Shown: positions 58,528 through 64,000 of the stretch, in pieces
Numbering within the stretch: position 1 is the stretch's first letter
Layout of the letters: each line of letters opens with the position of its first letter
Assembly: GCA_050949565.1 (NCBI GenBank)
Contig: JBMNFY010000007.1
Location: 190,973-254,972 of the forward strand
Source of the DNA: Kiritimatiellia bacterium
GTDB lineage: Bacteria > Verrucomicrobiota > Kiritimatiellia > RFP12 > UBA1067
Direction: 5' to 3'
Length of the DNA: 64,000 nucleotides
Program-made: the position numbers and the translations under genes
Notes under the pieces: generated by a model
What the model was told of the DNA's origin: nothing
Databases searched by the model: none
What the model saw: only the letters and a program-made list of their open reading frames with translations

Positions 58528-59880
58528 TCAGGGCTGCACCGGAATCACCGCAAACAGGTGCGGCACCGGCTTACATGCCGCCCGCGCCTGACGATCCAGG
58601 TCAGCCACCTTTTCAATCACCTCACCGCGCCGCTCCCAAGCTTTGAGATACTCCGGAACCTTGGACTCGTAGTACCCGGTCTTACCCATCTTTGTCTCGG
58701 CATATACCCGGACAGCCGCCAGATCATCGGGGTCCACTTTGCGGTGGCGCAGGAACCAGCGTACCGCCGCGTGGTTACGCAACACGGTTTCAGTTGAGCG
58801 GCGCGCCTCGTTAAGCTGCGCCACAGCCCGTGCCTGACGGACCTGCGGCGTCGCGTCATTGGAAGCCAGATTCACGCCCTTGGCAAGCGCCTCGGCATCG
58901 AATTGGTCGACCGCGGCGCCATCGATCCGCAGTTCGTATCGGCCGGGTGCCAACCCCCGCACCGTCAGGACCTCCTGGTTGAGTTCACGCTCGATCGGCA
59001 CCCACGCCAGCAGCGGACGCGCTGCCGGATCAATCGGAAAGGGCAACGCCTGCTCAAGCACCGTAAAGGACCATCCGCCGTCCCGCTTTTCAAGTCCGGT
59101 GACCGTCGCGTTTTCACTCGCCACCACCCGGCCCGCCGCCGCATCAATCTCGACGCGGGCGACCAGCGCCGGTGCACCCTGCGCCTTGAGAAACAGCCAG
59201 GCCATCATCAGATGCCCCGGCGCACCGGGATGCACACGGTCAGGCCCGATGATCGTGAAAGACGGATCCGACCGCTGCCGTTCAAGGTTGAGAGCAGTCA
59301 TCGGTGCATGGAAATCGACGACCGTATCTTTGTTTTGCGCCGCCAGTTCGCGGACGATCTCCGCGCACCGCGCCAACCCGTCGTTACACCCCGGCTGGTT
59401 GTTGTTGCGGTCATTGACCCCGGTTTGATCGAACGGCGACGGCGTGACAAACAGCAGACGCGGCTCCCCCGCCTCGGCACGCAGACGTGCGGTGAGCCGC
59501 TCCATGTTGGCGCGGTACCTCTCCAGCGCCTGTCGCTGGGCAGCCCGTTGCTGTTCATTGGGCTCCGCCACATAATTGCCGCGGCCTACGTCGTTCATGC
59601 CGAACATGACAACCACCGCAGCCGGTTTATTGGCTGCCACGTCATCCGCCAACCGCCCTTGTGCGCCACCTGCCGAATCACCGGAAACTCCGGCATTAAC
59701 AAACCGCACCGTGCGGTCAGGAAAACGCGTCAGGTAGTAGTCGTAAATGTAACTGTGAAACCGTCCGCCGTGCGTGATGCTATCGCCAAAAAAACAAACC
59801 GTTTCGCCGTCTTTGAAAAGCTCGGCGCGTGCGGAACAGATCAGCAACGCGCCGATCAATCCGGAAAGGAACCGTTTCAT
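58528..59880 (-). CDS. SGNH/GDSL hydrolase
   Basis: FGDSIT, NAGVSGD, FGMND, DRVHP blocks; signal peptide. Confidence 0.9.
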   Translation of the reverse strand: MKRFLSGLIGALLICSARAELFKDGETVCFFGDSITHGGRFHSYIYDYYLTRFPDRTVRFVNAGVSGDSAGGAQGRLADDVAANKPAAVVVMFGMNDVGRGNYVAEPNEQQRAAQRQALERYRANMERLTARLRAEAGEPRLLFVTPSPFDQTGVNDRNNNQPGCNDGLARCAEIVRELAAQNKDTVVDFHAPMTALNLERQRSDPSFTIIGPDRVHPGAPGHLMMAWLFLKAQGAPALVARVEIDAAAGRVVASENATVTGLEKRDGGWSFTVLEQALPFPIDPAARPLLAWVPIERELNQEVLTVRGLAPGRYELRIDGAAVDQFDAEALAKGVNLASNDATPQVRQARAVAQLNEARRSTETVLRNHAAVRWFLRHRKVDPDDLAAVRVYAETKMGKTGYYESKVPEYLKAWERRGEVIEKVADLDRQARAACKPVPHLFAVIPVQP

Positions 59881-59984
59881 GCATAATCTCCGGACAGCCG
59901 CAATGGCACCCTTGCCACCCGGCCATCAACACAGCGTGCATTTTGCCATGTTCCCCGTCTCCGGTCGATACCAAAGCCGCTTTC

Positions 59985-61286
59985 TTACGTCGTTACCTCA
60001 GGTTTGCCCGGCACAGCAGCCTTGAACTCCGGCATCATCGGCACGTCGCCTTTTTCGAAATCGGCCGCCGTGATCGGATGATTCATGGAGTAGAAGGGAG
60101 AGTCCTTGTTCTCGAGCAGATCGCTCATGCGCACCATCTGACCGGTATAAGCGGCAAGCGTGCCGATCATGCCGGAAGCTGTCGCCATCGCGATCTGTTC
60201 GCCCTCATGCAGCAGATTGCCGCTGAGCAGCCCCTCCAAAAAGTCCGCATGCTCCATGATCAGCATGTTGTTGTCGCGGCCTTCGATCGCCTTCTCGTCG
60301 AACGGGAACGGCTCGCTCGTACCGTTGGGCCGCAAGATTTTGCTGCCCAGCACGTCGATTTGGCCTTCAGTGCCGCTCAACACCGCGCAGCAACGATCGA
60401 AACAGCCGTTGATCTGACGCGCTACCGTATGCACATGCAACCCGTTGCCATAATCGTAGTCAATCCCGAAGCAGTCGTAGGTATTGCCGGTCGAACGCTG
60501 GTGGCGCGCCCCGATGCCCATCGCCTGCTTGGGCAGCCGCCCGATGAACCAGTTGGCCAGATCGATCTCATGCACCGCTTGCTCTGTCAGGTGATCAGAA
60601 GACATCTCGCGGAAGTGGTACCAGTTGTTGGCCAGATACGAAGCGTTCGTGTCCTCCGGACGGCGCTTGCGCAGATAGTTGGCAGGGCTCATCGCGCCAT
60701 GGCAACGGTAGACCACGCCACCGCGAATTTCGCCGATGACACCATTACGCACCGGCCCGATCATCCGCAAAGCACGGTTATTGTGACGGTGGCACGTCCC
60801 CGAGAGGATCGACAGCTTAGCCGCCTTGGCAGCCTCCACTACCTGCAAGAAGTGACGCAGGCCCGCCGGATCGGTCGCAACCGGCTTCTCCGCGAAAATG
60901 TGCTTGCCCGCCTTGACGCACGCCTCGGCATGCCGCGCGCGGAAGATCGGCGGCGCGCACAACAGGATGATCTCGGCATCCGACTCCATGAGCTTCAAAT
61001 ATCCGTCGGCACCGCCAAACGCAAACTTCTCATCGCATCCGTTGGCGCGGCATACCGCCGCCGCCTTGTCTTTGAAAAAGTCGGCCGCGCCGACCATCAC
61101 CGCCTTATGGCCCAGCCGCGCGGCAGCGGCTGTAATGTCACGAGCCGCACCTGATCCGCGTCCTCCGCAGCCAACCAGCGCAAACTTGAATACACGCTGC
61201 CCCTGCCCCAGCGTGATGGAAGGCGCGGCAGCCAGTGCCGCTCCGAAGGCGGTTGTTCGCTTGATAAACGTACGACGATTCTGCAT
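59985..61286 (-). CDS. Tat-exported Gfo/Idh/MocA oxidoreductase
   Basis: NRRTFIK, LVGCGGRG, GKHIFAEKPVA, EQAVHEID. Confidence 0.9.
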   Translation of the reverse strand: MQNRRTFIKRTTAFGAALAAAPSITLGQGQRVFKFALVGCGGRGSGAARDITAAAARLGHKAVMVGAADFFKDKAAAVCRANGCDEKFAFGGADGYLKLMESDAEIILLCAPPIFRARHAEACVKAGKHIFAEKPVATDPAGLRHFLQVVEAAKAAKLSILSGTCHRHNNRALRMIGPVRNGVIGEIRGGVVYRCHGAMSPANYLRKRRPEDTNASYLANNWYHFREMSSDHLTEQAVHEIDLANWFIGRLPKQAMGIGARHQRSTGNTYDCFGIDYDYGNGLHVHTVARQINGCFDRCCAVLSGTEGQIDVLGSKILRPNGTSEPFPFDEKAIEGRDNNMLIMEHADFLEGLLSGNLLHEGEQIAMATASGMIGTLAAYTGQMVRMSDLLENKDSPFYSMNHPITAADFEKGDVPMMPEFKAAVPGKPEVTT

Positions 61287-61367
61287 TTTTTCTCCTATTG
61301 TGACTCAACTCTTTTCTGATAACCCTTAATCCCGACTAAAAAACGTGGCTAGTGGCCATTCAGACCG

Positions 61368-62339
61368 CTAGGCACCCTGTCCAGCGAAAAACCGATCCAT
61401 CAGCGCGCTGTGCTCGGCGTCGGTGTATCCGCCACTCTCAATCGTGACCCAGCCGTTGTAACCGACCTCATCAATCACCTTGCGTACCGACACCCAGTCC
61501 ACACTCCCCTTACCGATCGGCACAAAGTCACCGTCGTTTTTCTTCGTGCGGTCGATCTTGAAATCCTTGATGTGGAGCCTGACAATCAACGGTCCCATGG
61601 TTCTCAGCCACTGCTCCGTGGGCGCATACTTCACGTGGTTACCGAGATCCAAGTAAGCGCGAACCCGGTCATGCTTGAACAGACGCACAAACGCCGTAGC
61701 GAAGTCCGGCATCACCCACATGCTGTTCCACACGTTCTCAAGCCCAATCGTAACGCCGTTTTCAACCGCCACCGGAATCAGCTCTTCCACACCCGCACGC
61801 GCCAGATCCGACGCCCGATTATGCGTCGCGATGTAATCGGCGAAAGGTGCGTTGTCGCCTTCCACGACCGACTTGATCTGGCAGGTCGCCGGATCATACA
61901 CGATCTTGAACTGCGTCGGCCTCGGTATCGTTCCCCCCATGCGGAGGCAGGGCACGAGCAACATGGCATCCGCGCCATACGCGGCCGTCACACGGATCAG
62001 GCGCTTGATATCTTCGATCGACCGGCGGCGCGCCTCGGCATCTGCATTACCGAAGTCGGCCCAACCGGCCATAAACGAATGGATTTTGACGCCATGCTTC
62101 TCCGCTATGGCGCGTCCCTTCTGCGCGTCCTCAAGCGTGATATCCTTCTTGGTCAGTTCCACGCCCGGAAACCCCGCCTTGGCAATCCGCTCGCAGGTCG
62201 CGTCATCGGCCACGGGAGCGATCAACGCCTTTTGCAACTTGGTTTTAAATCTCGGCTGCTCAGCCGTCCATCCCCGCAGCGGCATCCCGGCCGCCACGCC
62301 TGCCAACGCCATTCCTTGCATAAACCCACGTCTGGTCAT
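61368..62339 (-). CDS. Tat-exported sugar phosphate isomerase/epimerase (TIM barrel)
   Basis: TRRGFM, GLENVWN, LDLGN, LHIKD, GYNGWVTIE. Confidence 0.88.
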   Translation of the reverse strand: MTRRGFMQGMALAGVAAGMPLRGWTAEQPRFKTKLQKALIAPVADDATCERIAKAGFPGVELTKKDITLEDAQKGRAIAEKHGVKIHSFMAGWADFGNADAEARRRSIEDIKRLIRVTAAYGADAMLLVPCLRMGGTIPRPTQFKIVYDPATCQIKSVVEGDNAPFADYIATHNRASDLARAGVEELIPVAVENGVTIGLENVWNSMWVMPDFATAFVRLFKHDRVRAYLDLGNHVKYAPTEQWLRTMGPLIVRLHIKDFKIDRTKKNDGDFVPIGKGSVDWVSVRKVIDEVGYNGWVTIESGGYTDAEHSALMDRFFAGQGA

Positions 62340-62471
62340 CTCGATCCCCTTCTTTAACAGTTACGTACCTTCACTCTGAAATCCAACCAAATCTGTGTTC
62401 GGAGTGTAGAGGTTTAGGCCCAGAATGTCAACAAGACCGCTTTGTTGACCCGCGTTGTTTTGGGGTTCGGG

Positions 62472-62501
62472 TTGACTGATCGGCCCATGATGTGGTAGAG
62501 T
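62472..62501 (+). promoter_or_regulatory. Putative sigma70 promoter
   Basis: TTGACT-N18-TAGAGT with extended TG. Confidence 0.45.
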
Positions 62502-62601
62502 CCCTGCGTAATTGAATGTGGAGGTAGCGCAGGGGCGGGGTAGTCGTCACCTCCTGGCCCGAGAAAGAGCCGCCCAGAGTCAGCTCTAACGTTATTTGGA
62601 T

Positions 62602-63579
62602 ATGCCAACTCCTCCATACCTTTATTGCGTGATCACGGTCAGCATCCTGTGGACGCTCTGGTTCATCGCCCTCGGTTTGGAGCGCGGGTGGTTCCGCGAC
62701 GTATGGCAGGGTTGGGCAACCTTGCCGCCTTCCACGAAGGCCATCATGGCCGTGTTATGCGTGTATTGCACGGTGATCGCGCAGAAGCCGACCAACGTGA
62801 ACAACTCCGCCGCGTCGCCGCACACCGGACAGCCGGCGGGCGGCGCGGTCGCTCAGCAACAACAGGCGCAGCCCGCCTCGCCCTCAACGCCGCCGCCCTT
62901 GCCCGCGACGCAGGGCGGACCGTCCGGCGTCCAGTCCGAACCCTCCCGCATCGTGCTCCAGGCCACACTCGCCGCCGACCCCAGAGTCGCGGCCGCGTTC
63001 AGCGGCGAGCCGGGCTGGAGCCTGCCCGCCGCCGTGCCCGCCACGCCCAGGCTCAACGCGCTCTCGTTCGCGGGCAACGCGACGAACCCCGTCTCCCCCG
63101 TCTGCTTCTCCAATATCGCGGCGGTCACGGTCCAGACCCTCATGCTCGTGACGCGCGGGGACGCCGCCGACCTCGCCACGCTCGTTGACGCGCCGGAGAC
63201 GGCGCGCCTGCGGCTCGTTTCCGACGGCAGCCGCCAGACGGAGCCGGGGGCGGCGGAGCTGTCGCTGACCCGGCAATTCATCCCGCAGCAGTGGCAGGTT
63301 GTCGCCGTCGACTTCGAAAGTCCCGCCGATCTCACCGAAATGTTTTTCGGCGGCACAGCCGGACGCCCCGCCTGGAATCGCGGCTGGCGGGGGGAGATCG
63401 CGGAGATCTTGGGGTTCAACACGCCGCCGGGCGCGGATGTCCGGGCGGGCGTGGCCAACTATCTCTCGATCCGCTGGGGTCTTGCCCCGCACCCCGCCTC
63501 GCCGGAGCAGCGCCGGGCTGCAATCGACGCGGGACTCAGCTACGGGCTTGTGTGGGGGTCGGTGCTTCTCCTAAAATGA
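62602..63579 (+). CDS. Hypothetical membrane/exported protein with a LamG-like C-terminal part
   Basis: Two N-terminal hydrophobic segments, Q/P-rich linker, NRGWRGEIAEIL...NYLSIRWG; ends GSVLLLK. Confidence 0.65.
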   Translation: MPTPPYLYCVITVSILWTLWFIALGLERGWFRDVWQGWATLPPSTKAIMAVLCVYCTVIAQKPTNVNNSAASPHTGQPAGGAVAQQQQAQPASPSTPPPLPATQGGPSGVQSEPSRIVLQATLAADPRVAAAFSGEPGWSLPAAVPATPRLNALSFAGNATNPVSPVCFSNIAAVTVQTLMLVTRGDAADLATLVDAPETARLRLVSDGSRQTEPGAAELSLTRQFIPQQWQVVAVDFESPADLTEMFFGGTAGRPAWNRGWRGEIAEILGFNTPPGADVRAGVANYLSIRWGLAPHPASPEQRRAAIDAGLSYGLVWGSVLLLK

Positions 63580-63598
63580 GTGCGATGACGTGAAAACC

Positions 63599-64000
63599 AT
63601 GCTTCCAATCTGTTGCGCAGCGGCCGGTTTGCTGGCCGCGGTCTTGCCGGGGCGGGCCGCCCTTCCCCAGTGGTATCAGGACGCGGGGCTGCCCGCGGCG
63701 GACACCGACGGCGACGGCATCCCCGACGCCTGGGAGCGGAGGACGTTCAGCGACCCGGCCGTCGCGGACTCCCACCTCGACCGGGACGGCGACGGGCTGA
63801 CCGACCTGGAGGAGTTTGCCTTCGGCTCCGACCCGCGCACCTTCTCGACCATGGGCGACGGCTGGTCGGACCTCGAGAAGCGCGGCGCGGGGCTGGACGC
63901 CGCCTTCCGGGTCGTGCCGACGGTCAGCCACGCCCAGTGGCTGGCGTGGCTGGGCTGGGACGCGCAGACGTGGCAGAGGCTGACCGCCACCGACACGGAG
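63599..64000 (+). CDS. Partial exported protein with Ca-binding TSP3-like DxDGDG repeats
   Basis: Translated by hand: MLPICCAAAGLLAAVL...DTDGDGIPDAWE...DRDGDGLTDLEEF..GSDP; open at the window end. Confidence 0.75.
   Translation, partial: MLPICCAAAGLLAAVLPGRAALPQWYQDAGLPAADTDGDGIPDAWERRTFSDPAVADSHLDRDGDGLTDLEEFAFGSDPRTFSTMGDGWSDLEKRGAGLDAAFRVVPTVSHAQWLAWLGWDAQTWQRLTATDTE

Noticed and set aside
1-64000. tRNA, rRNA, prophage, retron or reverse transcriptase
   Set aside because: No cloverleaf, rRNA-like, phage structural or YxDD RT signatures were recognised by eye.

Overview
GC-rich bacterial chromosome segment. Gene content and protein style suggest a PVC-superphylum anaerobe such as Kiritimatiellae/Lentisphaerae; this is an inference. 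Housekeeping genes include an rpiB-glyA fusion, lipB, rpsT, trxA, leuCD, parA, arcC, carB, panB, pyrE and exbBD. These are interleaved with exported carbohydrate-active proteins and mobile or repeat DNA. The mobile DNA comprises an IS5/IS1182-like IS with 20-bp TIRs and a frameshifted transposase, a 100-bp MITE sharing those TIRs, a RAYT HUH transposase with its REP/REPIN family, a doubly frameshifted Type IIG/ISP-like R-M gene, a probable stray integron cassette, and many short-period (6-9 nt) repeats. The strongest candidate for an undescribed system is the panB operon (43283-49567, with a PLD gene following). It encodes an intact but apparently catalytically altered PKS-like pair (KS Cys->Thr, AT His->Asn, DH His->Tyr), the second member fused to an intact-looking phosphopantetheinyl transferase, and no ACP is visible. 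A second candidate is a shared C-terminal G-x-(hydrophobic)4-K/R tail on two unrelated exported proteins, a possible sorting signal. No rRNA, tRNA or CRISPR array was seen. All assignments come from motif recognition by eye, with no database searches.
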